46,248 nt of DNA from Candidatus Nomurabacteria bacterium (GTDB taxonomy: Bacteria; Patescibacteriota; Minisyncoccia; Phycocordibacterales; CAIZLB01): positions 1-46,248 of the forward strand of contig CALRFG010000007.1 of the NCBI GenBank assembly GCA_943356525.1. Reading direction: 5' to 3'. This document shows, piece after piece, positions 27,141-37,132 of the stretch; within the stretch, counting starts at the first letter, position 1; each line of letters begins with the position of its first letter. The position numbers were made by a program, and so were the translations under genes. The notes under the pieces were generated by a model, which was not told where the DNA came from, did not search any database, and worked only from the letters and a program-made list of their open reading frames with translations.

Positions 27141-28613
27141 ATGTCAACAAATTGGGGTGAATCAATAGTAAGTTTCGATGAAGTTTCTTATTCTCATGTT
27201 AAAAATAAACCTGTATTAACAGAGGCGGCTTTTAATATACGTAAAAATGCCAAGATAACTCTGATGGGTCAAAACGGTGCAGGGAAGTCAACTATTTTCA
27301 AACTAATAACCGGTGAGCTAGAGAATGATGAAGGTGATATAAATATCAAAAAGGATTTAACTATAGCTGTATCTCGTCAAGTTATCCCTCGCACAGAGCT
27401 AGAATTAACTGTTCGCGAATTTTTTCAATCAATGTTTAAACAAAAAGTTTATGATATTGACCCTCGTATAGATGAAGTTTTAAAAATTGTACATCTAAAA
27501 GCGGATAAAGAAAAAAAGATTAAAGATTTTTCAGGTGGACAGCAAGCACGCCTTTTACTTGCTCAAGCTTTAATACAGAAGTCAGATCTTATTTTACTTG
27601 ATGAGCCAACAAACAATCTCGACAAAGCTGGTATTGACCATTTAACAAAATTCCTAAAAGAATATACGAAAACTGTTATTGTAATTTCACATGATGCTGA
27701 TTTCTTAAATAGTTTTACAGAAGGAGTTATTTATCTTGATATACATACACAAAAAGTTGAACAATATGTTGGAACATATAACACAGTAGTAGCAGAGATT
27801 GCGGCCCGTGTAGAAAAAGAAAAAAGAGCCAATGCACAAGCTGAAAAGAAGATACAAGAAAACAAAGATAAGGCCAACTTTTTTGCTAATAAAGGAGGAG
27901 GAATGAGACTTGTTGCAAAACGTATGCGTGAAGATGCTGAAGAAGCTGAGGAAAACATGGTTGATGTTAGAAGAGAAGATAAAACCATTAAACCATTCAC
28001 TATAGAAGCACAGGAAGATTTATCTGGAATACTATTTTCTCTTTCATCGGTTGAGATCATAGATATACATAAAGATGATGGTTCTTTGAAGACTAAAAAG
28101 ACTCATGTTGAGTTAAGAAAAGGTGAGCATCTGCTCCTAAAAGGGCCTAATGGTATTGGTAAAACAACTTTACTGGAAAATCTTGCAGGAGGTCATGCGA
28201 AAGGAGAGGCAGTAAAAGAAGGTGTTGTAATAGGATATTATAGACAAGACTTTTCAAACTTAGATTTTGATAAAAATGCATATGACACTATCAAAGAAGC
28301 TGCTGATAAAGATGACAGTGAACATTTTATAAGAAAAACTTTAGCACAATTTTTAATAGCAGGTGATACAGCATATACTCCTATTGGTCGTTTATCAGAA
28401 GGTCAAAAAGGTTTAGTTGCTTTTGCGCGTTTGGTTGCTATGAAGCCGGGACTTTTAATATTGGACGAGCCAACAAACCATATTAATTTTCGCCACCTTC
28501 CGATTATCGCAGATTCATTGAAAAAATTTACAGGAGCGATGATTGTGATTTCCCACATGCAAGAATTTGTTGATCAGATAGGGATAGACAATGTATTGGA
28601 TTTGGGTAAGTAA
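27141..28613 (+). CDS. ABC-F family ATPase (two ABC cassettes, no TM domain; translation-factor type)
   Basis: Walker A GQNGAGKST and GPNGIGKTT, signatures FSGGQQARL and LSEGQKGLV, Walker B LLDEPTN twice, and a charged inter-domain linker. Confidence 0.9.
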   Translation: MSTNWGESIVSFDEVSYSHVKNKPVLTEAAFNIRKNAKITLMGQNGAGKSTIFKLITGELENDEGDINIKKDLTIAVSRQVIPRTELELTVREFFQSMFKQKVYDIDPRIDEVLKIVHLKADKEKKIKDFSGGQQARLLLAQALIQKSDLILLDEPTNNLDKAGIDHLTKFLKEYTKTVIVISHDADFLNSFTEGVIYLDIHTQKVEQYVGTYNTVVAEIAARVEKEKRANAQAEKKIQENKDKANFFANKGGGMRLVAKRMREDAEEAEENMVDVRREDKTIKPFTIEAQEDLSGILFSLSSVEIIDIHKDDGSLKTKKTHVELRKGEHLLLKGPNGIGKTTLLENLAGGHAKGEAVKEGVVIGYYRQDFSNLDFDKNAYDTIKEAADKDDSEHFIRKTLAQFLIAGDTAYTPIGRLSEGQKGLVAFARLVAMKPGLLILDEPTNHINFRHLPIIADSLKKFTGAMIVISHMQEFVDQIGIDNVLDLGK

Positions 28614-28652
28614 ATTTTGTTTAAAAAATTTTCAAATTAGCTAAAATAAAGC

Positions 28653-28658
28653 TATAAT
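28653..28658 (+). promoter_or_regulatory. -10 box (TATAAT) 9 nt upstream of the smc ATG
   Basis: The sequence reads AAGCTATAATATATCCAAT-ATG. Confidence 0.4.
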
Positions 28659-28667
28659 ATATCCAAT

Positions 28668-30950
28668 ATGAGACTAAAATCAATTCACATCATTGGCTAT
28701 AAATCCTTTGCTAAAAAGACTGATTTAACTTTCAATACACCTATAACAGCCATTGTGGGACCAAATGGTTCAGGAAAATCAAATGTCGTAGAGGCTTTTC
28801 GTTTCGTATTGGGGGAGCAATCACTTCGCTCTATGCGTGGTAAAAAAGGTGAGGATATGATTTTTAATGGTGGTCGTGATCTATCAAAATCAAATCGTGC
28901 CGGAGTTAAGATTGTTTTTGATAATAGGATTATAGAGCAAAACGGAGAACATAATAGACTTTTTAATAATCATACTTTTGATGAAGTGACTATAGAGCGT
29001 GCTGTAAATAGGGATGGTACAAATGAATACAGCGTAAATGGAAACTCTGTAAGACTTCGTGATATCATAGAACTTTTAGCTGAAGCCAACATCGGTTCAT
29101 CAGGGCATCATATCATCTCTCAAGGTGAAGCGGATAGATTACTTTCATCATCAAATAAAGATAGAAAAGAAATGATAGAAGAGGCACTTGGCCTTAAACT
29201 ATATCAATACAGAAAAGAAGAATCTCAAAAAAGATTGGTCAAAACCGAAGAGCATATGAAAGAAGTAGAATCTTTACGTCGCGAACTCGCCCCACATATT
29301 AGATTTTTAAAAAAGCAGATTGAGAAAATAGAAAAAGCTCGCGAGATAAGGTATGAATTAAAAAATATTTATAAAGAATACTTTGCGTATGAAAAAACTT
29401 TTTTAGATTCAGAAATTAATGATATTAAAAATTCTCGTATAGATCCAGAGCAAGAAAAGGTATCCCTTGACGAAAAGTTGACAGAGGTTAAAACAATCTT
29501 GGCACAAAATCAAACCTCTACAGAATTTACAAATGAATTATTTGAATTAGAGGCTGAGTTAAAAAATATACGTTTTAATAAAGAAGAATTATCTCGATCT
29601 GTCGGACGTTTTGAGGGTGAGATAAATTATATAAATAAAAATATTGACAAGAGAAAACTAGAGCTTGAAAATAAAGACAATACAGATATAAAAGTTTCTT
29701 TCTTTGAAATAAAAAATCTTATAAATAAAATTAAAACTGTACTTACTGACATTAAATTAGGTGTATATAAAGATGAGACTGAGATAAAACAGGTATCAAA
29801 TGACCTTGTTGCAGAGTGTGAAAATTACGTTAAGTCTAAACATAATGAAGGTGAAAGTATCGATTTCGAACCAGATTTCAATGAAATAGATCGTATTAAG
29901 CTACTGATAGTGAACATTGAAGATGATATTAATGGTTTAAACGATAAAGAAGTTAATATTCTTGAGAAATATTCTGAAACAAAAAATAAAATAGAATCAT
30001 TCAAAAATGAGAATGTAGAGGCTGAAAAAGATTTATTAAAAATAATGTCTCGTAAACATGAGGTTCAATCTAAGCTAGATATTTTAAAACAAAAAGAAAT
30101 ACAATATATAGAAAGAAATCAGGAGTATGAAAGGGATATGATGGAAGCCACTACCCTGATAGGTATTGAAGCTATTAGATATGATGATATTGATGTCCAT
30201 ATTTTTGATAAACAGGAACAACATGATAGGAAATATAAAGTTGAAAAACATAAAATACGTTTAGAGGAGTTGGGTGGAGGGGGTGATGAGTCAGTCATGA
30301 AGGAATATAATGATGTAAACGAAAGAGATGATTTTTTATTAAAAGAGATGGAAGACTTAACTAAGTCGATGCATGATCTTGAGACTATTATTGAAGAGGT
30401 AAGTTTGCAAATAAATAATCTGTTCAATGACGGTATTGAAAAAATTAATAAACAATTTTCTACTTTTTTTAAACAAATGTTTGGTGGCGGGGAAGCTAAG
30501 CTTATCATTACTCAGGAGAAGAAAAGAAAAAGAAAATCATTTGTTGATGAAGACGAAGAGATAGAGATGGACGAGGACGAAGGTGTTGAAAAAGAAATAG
30601 GGATAGATGTTTTTGTGTCATTACCTCATAAAAAACTCAAAGGTTTATCTATGCTATCAGGAGGTGAAAGAGCTTTGACCTCTATAGCACTTTTGTTCGC
30701 AATGAGTCAGGTAAATCCACCACCTTTTATTATACTGGATGAGACTGATGCAGCGCTGGATGAGGCCAATAGTCGTCGCTATGGTGACATGATAGAGCTT
30801 TTGTCTAAGCATTCAGAGTTAATACTGGTAACTCACAATAGAGAGACTATGAGCCGTGCAGGAGTGTTGTATGGTGTAACAATGGGTTCAGTTGGTTATT
30901 CACAGTTGCTATCTATAGGATTTGATGAGGCGAGTGTTAACGCGAAATAA
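28668..30950 (+). CDS. smc: SMC-family chromosome segregation ATPase, unusually short (760 aa)
   Basis: N-terminal head (IVGPNGSGKSNVVEAFRFVLGEQS), long heptad-rich middle, and C-terminal head with LSGGERALTSIALLFA and FIILDETDAALDEAN. The ELGGGGDESVMKEYNDVNER segment aligns with the LGxVNLxAIEEY joint region of canonical SMC. Confidence 0.85.
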   Translation: MRLKSIHIIGYKSFAKKTDLTFNTPITAIVGPNGSGKSNVVEAFRFVLGEQSLRSMRGKKGEDMIFNGGRDLSKSNRAGVKIVFDNRIIEQNGEHNRLFNNHTFDEVTIERAVNRDGTNEYSVNGNSVRLRDIIELLAEANIGSSGHHIISQGEADRLLSSSNKDRKEMIEEALGLKLYQYRKEESQKRLVKTEEHMKEVESLRRELAPHIRFLKKQIEKIEKAREIRYELKNIYKEYFAYEKTFLDSEINDIKNSRIDPEQEKVSLDEKLTEVKTILAQNQTSTEFTNELFELEAELKNIRFNKEELSRSVGRFEGEINYINKNIDKRKLELENKDNTDIKVSFFEIKNLINKIKTVLTDIKLGVYKDETEIKQVSNDLVAECENYVKSKHNEGESIDFEPDFNEIDRIKLLIVNIEDDINGLNDKEVNILEKYSETKNKIESFKNENVEAEKDLLKIMSRKHEVQSKLDILKQKEIQYIERNQEYERDMMEATTLIGIEAIRYDDIDVHIFDKQEQHDRKYKVEKHKIRLEELGGGGDESVMKEYNDVNERDDFLLKEMEDLTKSMHDLETIIEEVSLQINNLFNDGIEKINKQFSTFFKQMFGGGEAKLIITQEKKRKRKSFVDEDEEIEMDEDEGVEKEIGIDVFVSLPHKKLKGLSMLSGGERALTSIALLFAMSQVNPPPFIILDETDAALDEANSRRYGDMIELLSKHSELILVTHNRETMSRAGVLYGVTMGSVGYSQLLSIGFDEASVNAK

Positions 30951-30961
30951 AGCTTCAATAA

Positions 30962-30994
30962 AAATTACTCATTCAAGTAAAGAATGAGTAATTT
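30962..30994. terminator. Bidirectional intrinsic terminator between convergent smc and rnr
   Basis: Perfect 13-bp stem AAATTACTCATTC / GAATGAGTAATTT with a 7-nt loop. It is flanked by A-rich sequence upstream and T-rich sequence downstream. Confidence 0.75.
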
Positions 30995-31014
30995 TGAATT
31001 TTAGCTTAGAGCTT

Positions 31015-32997
31015 TTACAAAACCTGAAAGTCAATCGTCTTCAAATCCATATCAACACCTCTTAATTTAACTTTTAGCTTATCCCCTAAAGTTATAGTTT
31101 TACCAGAACCTTGTGATTTGACAGTATAAGTTTTCTTGTCAACTTCCCAGAAATCATTTCCAAGATCTTTCAAACGAAGCAATCCTTCTGCCAAAGACTC
31201 AGGTTCTTGTATGAAAACTCCAAAGTCAGATATACCTGAAACAGTACACTCAAATTCATGTCCAATTTTATTTGACAGGAATTCAACTTGTTTATACTTT
31301 GTACTAGCTCTTTCGGCTTCAGCAGCTTTAACTTCTTGAGACGATGAATGTTCACAAATTTTATCAAGAGACGCAAGGTACAATGATGATAACTTTTGTT
31401 TATCCAATAGTTTTGAAAGTATACGATGTATACAAAGGTCAGGATAACGACGGATCGGGGAAGTAAAGTGGGTATAATATTCAAAACCAAGACCGAAATG
31501 ACCTATGTTATTTGTTTGATAAACTGCTTTTGCCATCGATCTCAAAGTCGCAGTTTTGATAATAGTTTCAGAGGGTAGTCCCACACATTGTTCCAAAAGT
31601 TTTTGTATATCCCTACTGTGTATCTTTTTTGTAGGATGAAAATCAAGACCAAGTGCATTTACAAAAATACTTAAATCAAGAATTTTCTCAGCATTTGGTA
31701 AATCATGAACTCTATAAACTCCAGGTAGTTTTTTATTTCCTTCAACATTATGAGTATAGATATAGTAAGCCGTTTCTTTGTTAGCTAAAAGCATAAACTC
31801 CTCAACGAGGTGATTTGTCCATATTCTATCTTTTTTATATACTTGAACTGGAAAGCCTTTATCATCCAACACAAACTTTATTTCATCAGTTTCAAAATCT
31901 ATCGCCCCTGCATTTTTTCTTTCTTTATTTAATATTTTTGAATAACGTGATAGTTCAAATAATTCAGGATATATTGATTCGTCACCAGCATCTAATACTT
32001 TTTGTGCTTCTTCATATGAAAATCTCTTATTAGAATGTATTATAGATTTTGAAATTTTTCTGTCTATTATTTTTCCAGACATATCCATTTCAAAAACTGT
32101 AGAAAATGCGTATCTATCCTCGTTTGGGTTGAGTGAACAAAAACCATTTGATAAAACTTCAGGAAGCATGGGTATAGTTCTGTCCACAAGGTAAACTGAG
32201 AAAGCTCTATCCTCAGCTTCGTCATCCAATGCATTTCCAGGGCGTACAAAATGAGACACGTCAGCAATGTGTATTCCAATCTCTACATTTCCGTTATCAA
32301 GTTTACGGAAAGAAAGGGCATCATCGAAATCTTTTGCATCCACTGGGTCGATGGTACATGTCCATACTCCTCTCATATCCAATCTACGAGACACCTCTTC
32401 ATCTGTAATTTTGCCAAATTCATCAACTGCTTTTTTTGCGTCTGCTTCAGTTTCAGGCTTATGGCCTATATCAAATCCAAAGTCAGCCACAATAGAATAC
32501 ATCTCAGCATTATTTTCACCTTTATCACCAAACACTTGTTTTATATCACCATAAAAAATTCTTTTTACTTCTATATCTGTGTAACCTCTATCATTTATAT
32601 TTTTATTTATTGTAACCTTTGGAGTTTTTTCGAAATCAATTTTTACAAGAATTTTTTTATTTATACTAATTTCAAAATTTTTATTATTTTGTATTTCAAA
32701 TATACAATTAAGCTTGTTGTTGTCTGGAGTAGCGATAATTTTACCATCTTTAATTTCTGTAATATTTGCAGAAAAATCTGTTTTATATCTCTCTATTATT
32801 TTTATAACTTTACCTTCAATTTCACCCCATTTATTTGCTCTTGGAAATGTCTGTATTTCAACTTTGTCTTGAGGTAGAGAAGAGTCTATAAAGTTGTGAG
32901 GTATAGATATATCCTTTTCATCAGGGGTTGATTTTTCTTTTCTAAGGAATCCTTTTCCTCTATTATTTAATATTAATGTACCGATAAAATTATGCAT
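31015..32997 (-). CDS. rnr: Ribonuclease R (RNase II/R family 3'-5' exoribonuclease)
   Basis: RNB catalytic domain (IDPVDAKDFDDALS, HIADVSHFV, YLVDRTIPMLP, HFGLG...YTHFTSPIRRYPD) and a C-terminal S1 domain. Confidence 0.95.
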   Translation of the reverse strand: MHNFIGTLILNNRGKGFLRKEKSTPDEKDISIPHNFIDSSLPQDKVEIQTFPRANKWGEIEGKVIKIIERYKTDFSANITEIKDGKIIATPDNNKLNCIFEIQNNKNFEISINKKILVKIDFEKTPKVTINKNINDRGYTDIEVKRIFYGDIKQVFGDKGENNAEMYSIVADFGFDIGHKPETEADAKKAVDEFGKITDEEVSRRLDMRGVWTCTIDPVDAKDFDDALSFRKLDNGNVEIGIHIADVSHFVRPGNALDDEAEDRAFSVYLVDRTIPMLPEVLSNGFCSLNPNEDRYAFSTVFEMDMSGKIIDRKISKSIIHSNKRFSYEEAQKVLDAGDESIYPELFELSRYSKILNKERKNAGAIDFETDEIKFVLDDKGFPVQVYKKDRIWTNHLVEEFMLLANKETAYYIYTHNVEGNKKLPGVYRVHDLPNAEKILDLSIFVNALGLDFHPTKKIHSRDIQKLLEQCVGLPSETIIKTATLRSMAKAVYQTNNIGHFGLGFEYYTHFTSPIRRYPDLCIHRILSKLLDKQKLSSLYLASLDKICEHSSSQEVKAAEAERASTKYKQVEFLSNKIGHEFECTVSGISDFGVFIQEPESLAEGLLRLKDLGNDFWEVDKKTYTVKSQGSGKTITLGDKLKVKLRGVDMDLKTIDFQVL

Positions 32998-33021
32998 CTT
33001 TATATTTAATTTATTTTATTA

Positions 33022-34227
33022 TTAAAGTAATTTTTTTATATATTCGACAAGACCACCAAGTTCTATACTTTCTTGTGAAAGATTTTTCATATTGCGTACC
33101 ATAACGGAGTTTTGTAGAGCTTCTTTATGTCCTACTAGTAACAGATAAGGAACATTCAACTTCTCTGCATGTTGAAGTTGTAATGAAATCTTATCCTTAG
33201 ATAGATCATGATGTATAAGTATATTTGCCTGAAGCATCATATCTAACACTCTCAATGTTTTAAATCTAGCCTCATTTCCAAACTGGGCATAGAAAAATTT
33301 TACATCTGACTCATCTATAGTTTTAAGCGTATTTAAAGGCTTCATCAGTTTTGAAAGATTTTTTAAACCATTTACATAAACACTCAATATAGGTATTTCT
33401 TTTTTACCCAATATTTTTTTACTTATTATGTCATGCCTACCACCATTTACAACAATACTATTATTACCCTCAGCAAGATTTTGTACTTTAAAAATTACTC
33501 CAGAATACAAATCAGAGCTATTATACAAAAACGGATTTATTCTAAAGTTTAGATCTAGATTTTCTATATACTCCAATATGTCTTTAAACTCTAAACGAGA
33601 TGCTTCTGAAAGATAGTCGATAGGGTTCGGGATTGAAATTACATCTACTTCACCTTTTTTATTTTGAGAAGTTATTTCAACATTTTCTAGCTCAGCAAAA
33701 GCCTGGTAAATATTTTTCTTAGATAAAGCAAATATATTTTTTGGTATATTTTTTACATTTTTTTTAAAAAAATGGTTTAACTCTTTTACAAATTTTTGTA
33801 CAGACTCTTTATCTCCAATAAAATTTATATCGGCTACTATTTCAGATTTTTTACTATAAATCTCATCCAATATAGAATAACCTGTTTGTATGGCTATAGC
33901 GTCATATATATTCTTTTTTGTTCCTATTGTATGAAAAACAAAATTATTGTCATCTTTACTATAGGCAATGTTAGCAGGGAAAGGAAAACCTTCAAATTTT
34001 TTATCTATGATTTTTTTCTGTAAAGCTAAGGTGTCAATAAGGTTTTCATAGTCATATTTAGTCAATAATTTTTTTTCTAAATTTGTGTATTCAGGTTTTG
34101 CTATATGTCTAAAACCAAAATGTTGTAATATTTTAAATATTTTAAGGTGATTGGGTAAAACTGAGTCAATACTTGGCTTTTTAGAAATTACTGTTGTTGT
34201 TTTTTTTGTTATTTCAATTTTTTTCAT
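33022..34227 (-). CDS. Histidyl-tRNA synthetase-like protein with degenerate catalytic motifs
   Basis: Colinear with HisRS. LYSGVIFKV matches YY(T/N)xxVFE, GGRHD matches GGRYD, and there is a C-terminal HGTP-type anticodon-binding domain (VPYLLLVGHKEALQNSVMVRNM). The motif 2 / RPE / FRxE signatures are not recognisable. Confidence 0.6.
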   Translation of the reverse strand: MKKIEITKKTTTVISKKPSIDSVLPNHLKIFKILQHFGFRHIAKPEYTNLEKKLLTKYDYENLIDTLALQKKIIDKKFEGFPFPANIAYSKDDNNFVFHTIGTKKNIYDAIAIQTGYSILDEIYSKKSEIVADINFIGDKESVQKFVKELNHFFKKNVKNIPKNIFALSKKNIYQAFAELENVEITSQNKKGEVDVISIPNPIDYLSEASRLEFKDILEYIENLDLNFRINPFLYNSSDLYSGVIFKVQNLAEGNNSIVVNGGRHDIISKKILGKKEIPILSVYVNGLKNLSKLMKPLNTLKTIDESDVKFFYAQFGNEARFKTLRVLDMMLQANILIHHDLSKDKISLQLQHAEKLNVPYLLLVGHKEALQNSVMVRNMKNLSQESIELGGLVEYIKKLL

Positions 34228-34236
34228 ATATTTTAT

Positions 34237-34824
34237 CTATTTATTTTCAATATATTCTTTTACACCAGGAAATATTGCTATCTTGTTAAATGGGTACAAA
34301 CGAATCAAAACCCTACCTTGCAACTCGTCTTTAACTACAGGTCCCCAATAACGAGAGTCATAACTTACAAATCTGTTATCTCCCATAACAAAATATTCGT
34401 CTTTCTTTAGTAAAATTGATGGGCTTATTTTTGTACTTGGATAATCTATAAAATTTTCTGTAACTTTATTGTTATTTATATAAGTATCATTGGCTTTTAC
34501 TTCTACAGATTCTCCTGGAGTTGCTATAATTCTTTTTATAAATCTACTAGCGTTTTCAGCAGAAGCAGGTGGATCAAAAACTACAACATCACCCACATGA
34601 GGGTTTTTAAATCTATAACTTATCTTATCAACCAATACATAGTCACCATCTTTGAAAGTGTTATCCATAGAAGATCCTGAAACGTTGTGAGGTTCTAGTA
34701 CAAAAAGTCTAAAAAGTACTATAAAGACAAGAAATATGAAAAAACTTTTCCAAGACATATCTTTTTTATGTCTTTTTTTATTGAGTTTTTTCACTTCTTT
34801 TGAAATAGTTTCTGTTTCTGTCAT
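34237..34824 (-). CDS. lepB: Signal peptidase I
   Basis: N-terminal TM helix, catalytic Ser box (VSGSSMDNTF), Lys box (FIKRIIATPGE) and GDNRFVSYDSRYWGPV. Confidence 0.9.
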   Translation of the reverse strand: MTETETISKEVKKLNKKRHKKDMSWKSFFIFLVFIVLFRLFVLEPHNVSGSSMDNTFKDGDYVLVDKISYRFKNPHVGDVVVFDPPASAENASRFIKRIIATPGESVEVKANDTYINNNKVTENFIDYPSTKISPSILLKKDEYFVMGDNRFVSYDSRYWGPVVKDELQGRVLIRLYPFNKIAIFPGVKEYIENK

Positions 34825-34849
34825 ATATTTGCTATATTATATCATATAC

Positions 34850-35386
34850 ATGAAATATATAATAGGATTGGGAAATCCGACCAAAACATACAAAAATACA
34901 CGTCATAATATAGGTCAGGACCTTGTTTTTGCTCTGGAAAAGGCTTTGGATGAGGAGGTGCTATCATTGACCAAGACAAAGCTTATAGTGCTTCCCGGCT
35001 TCATAAATGAGTCAGGAATGGCTATGAAAAAGCTATTTAAGAATATAAAACCTGACTCTGAGAATGAGAATATCTTGGTTATTCATGATGATTTGGATCA
35101 AACTATAGGGAAAATGAAAATGAGCTATGGAGGGAACTCTGGGGGGCATAATGGGATTAATTCTATATTGAGTCATATGAAAACTAAGGGGTATTATAGG
35201 TTAAAGATAGGTATATCACCTGAGGTTAAAAAAAGTAAAGATGAAGTTCATGATTTTGTTTTAGGGAAATTTACTCCTGATGAAAAAGCTTTGTTGAAAG
35301 GTTTAATGCCGAAGATAAAGGAAGCTGTGAAGTTGTTTGTCGAGGGGGATGTTGCTAGGGCGGTTGAGGCGGCGAATAGAAAATAA
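34850..35386 (+). CDS. pth: Peptidyl-tRNA hydrolase
   Basis: MKYIIGLGNPTKTYKNTRHNIG is the canonical Pth N-terminus with the catalytic His, and GGHNGI is present. The longer listed ORF overlaps lepB, so the start is set at ATG 34850. Confidence 0.93.
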   Translation: MKYIIGLGNPTKTYKNTRHNIGQDLVFALEKALDEEVLSLTKTKLIVLPGFINESGMAMKKLFKNIKPDSENENILVIHDDLDQTIGKMKMSYGGNSGGHNGINSILSHMKTKGYYRLKIGISPEVKKSKDEVHDFVLGKFTPDEKALLKGLMPKIKEAVKLFVEGDVARAVEAANRK

Positions 35387-35390
35387 ATAA

Positions 35391-35418
35391 AAAACCTTCC
35401 ATTTTAGGAAGGTTTTTT
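35391..35418. terminator. Bidirectional intrinsic terminator between convergent pth and rpsA
   Basis: AAAACCTTCC-ATTTTA-GGAAGGTTTTTT forms a perfect stem with A and T runs on both sides. Confidence 0.8.
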
Positions 35419-35438
35419 ATTTTCTAGCTTTTTAATTA

Positions 35439-36533
35439 TTAATTCAACTTCAATATCATTCTCTGCTTCTCAGGCTCAAAGATTGAGATCTTAAACGAAT
35501 ATGTCTTTCCAATCTCAACTTTTTCCTTCATAGTCTTATCATCACCAAATTCTGATATATGAACAAGTCCTGAAACACCTTCTTCTATTGAAGCCAATGC
35601 TCCATGTTTATTATATTTGATTATAATACCTGTAACTTCATCATCTTTTTTGTATTTAGCTGAAGCTTCAGTCCATGGATTTTCTTTTCTAGCCTTCAAT
35701 GAAAGTGAAACTTTTCCATCTTTAAAGTCTATAATACGAGCCTTAACTACATCTCCAACTTTAAATATAGTTCTAGGATCGTCGATCAAACCCCAGTCTA
35801 GTTCAGAGATATGAGCTAATCCTTCAAGTTCTTCGTTGATTTTGATAAATATACCAAAGTCTACAGTTCCTGTGATTACTCCATCTACATCATCTCCAAC
35901 TGAGTATTTAGCACTTAGCTCTGCCATTTTAGCGGCATTGCCTCTACTTTGATTCCCGCCATTGTTATTTGTATGAGTTCCATCAAAGTCTTTTTCTGAG
36001 AAAATAAGTTTATTTTCTTTAGAATCAGCTGTTATCATATAAACTGATATTTTCTTACCGATAAGTTTTTTAAGCTCATCTTGTATTCTATCTTTATTTC
36101 CATCTTCTACTTTAGGATAGTTTTCACTCTTCAATTGTGAAGCGGGTAAAAATCCTTGTATACCTTGCCATGACATCATAAGTCCTCCTTTATTAGCATC
36201 CTGTACAGGTAGCTCAAAATGAGTTTTATCAATTACAGCTTGCTCAGCATCTTTCCAAAGTAGAGCTTGTCTAGCTTCTTTAAGTGAAAGCTCTATATAA
36301 CCCTCTTTTTCATCAAAGCCGGATACTTTAGCAGTTATCAGATCACCTGAATTAACTTTTCTAATAATGTCCCTTGCTATGATAAATTCTTTACCATATA
36401 TAACACCTGTACCAAAAGGTGATAAATCAACGAATAATCTACTTTTAAATAAAGTAATAACTTTTCCTTCAATATCATCACCGATACTTGGTGGATTGAT
36501 GATATCTTTAAAATTTTCTTCTAATGTTGTCAT
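35439..36533 (-). CDS. rpsA: 30S ribosomal protein S1 (four S1 domains)
   Basis: Repeated S1/OB motifs (G..V.G.V......G.FV.L, for example VDGVITGTVDFGIFIKI and VTGIIIKYNKHGALASI). Confidence 0.88.
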   Translation of the reverse strand: MTTLEENFKDIINPPSIGDDIEGKVITLFKSRLFVDLSPFGTGVIYGKEFIIARDIIRKVNSGDLITAKVSGFDEKEGYIELSLKEARQALLWKDAEQAVIDKTHFELPVQDANKGGLMMSWQGIQGFLPASQLKSENYPKVEDGNKDRIQDELKKLIGKKISVYMITADSKENKLIFSEKDFDGTHTNNNGGNQSRGNAAKMAELSAKYSVGDDVDGVITGTVDFGIFIKINEELEGLAHISELDWGLIDDPRTIFKVGDVVKARIIDFKDGKVSLSLKARKENPWTEASAKYKKDDEVTGIIIKYNKHGALASIEEGVSGLVHISEFGDDKTMKEKVEIGKTYSFKISIFEPEKQRMILKLN

Positions 36534-36623
36534 TTGTTTAATGTGTATTTTCTATTTGTTCTTATTTTACAGTCGATAATCTTTGAGTTAAATAAGGGTT
36601 ACAAGTAGAAAAGGTTTTTAATA

Positions 36624-36896
36624 TTATTTTACGTGAACGATTTTCTTAACAGAAACTGTATTGTCTATGTTAATCTTTCTTTTTGATCCAAAAGTTACAA
36701 TACCTGGTTTTGTTGCAAAAAGAGTATGATCTCTACCCATAGATACATTTGTACCTGGTAAAATCTTACTACCTCTTTGTCTTATGATTATTGATCCAGC
36801 TGACGCTTTCTCACCACCATAAAGTTTAGTTCCTAGATATTTTGGCTGTGAATCCTTTAAGTTCTTTGACGAACCTCCTGCTTTTTTTGTTGCCAT
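36624..36896 (-). CDS. rpmA: 50S ribosomal protein L27
   Basis: [29 protein letters not shown]...[28 protein letters not shown] is the canonical L27 sequence. Confidence 0.95.
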   Translation of the reverse strand: MATKKAGGSSKNLKDSQPKYLGTKLYGGEKASAGSIIIRQRGSKILPGTNVSMGRDHTLFATKPGIVTFGSKRKINIDNTVSVKKIVHVK

Positions 36897-36972
36897 ATAT
36901 TTATATTTTCTTTATTGTTTCTTTATAATTTCTTTTGTTTTTCTTGATATTATCTATGGTAAAGATAATAGC

Positions 36973-37128
36973 ATGAGTATACACGACATAATCACAAAAA
37001 TCAATACAGATAAAAGGGAAATTGGGTTTTCACGACTCAAGTCCAATATAGTGTTAACAGGCTATATCGTATTGATGATGGGGCAGGTAGGGATTATAAT
37101 CTGGGTTTGGTTGCTGTGGAAAAATTGA
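36973..37128 (+). CDS. Possible 51-aa small membrane protein (below the ORF-track cutoff)
   Basis: Hand-translated as MSIHDIITKINTDKREIGFSRLKSNIVLTGYIVLMMGQVGIIIWVWLLWKN*. It has a hydrophilic N-terminus and a single C-terminal hydrophobic helix. There is no Shine-Dalgarno sequence and no homology support. Confidence 0.3.
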   Translation: MSIHDIITKINTDKREIGFSRLKSNIVLTGYIVLMMGQVGIIIWVWLLWKN

Positions 37129-37132
37129 CAAT

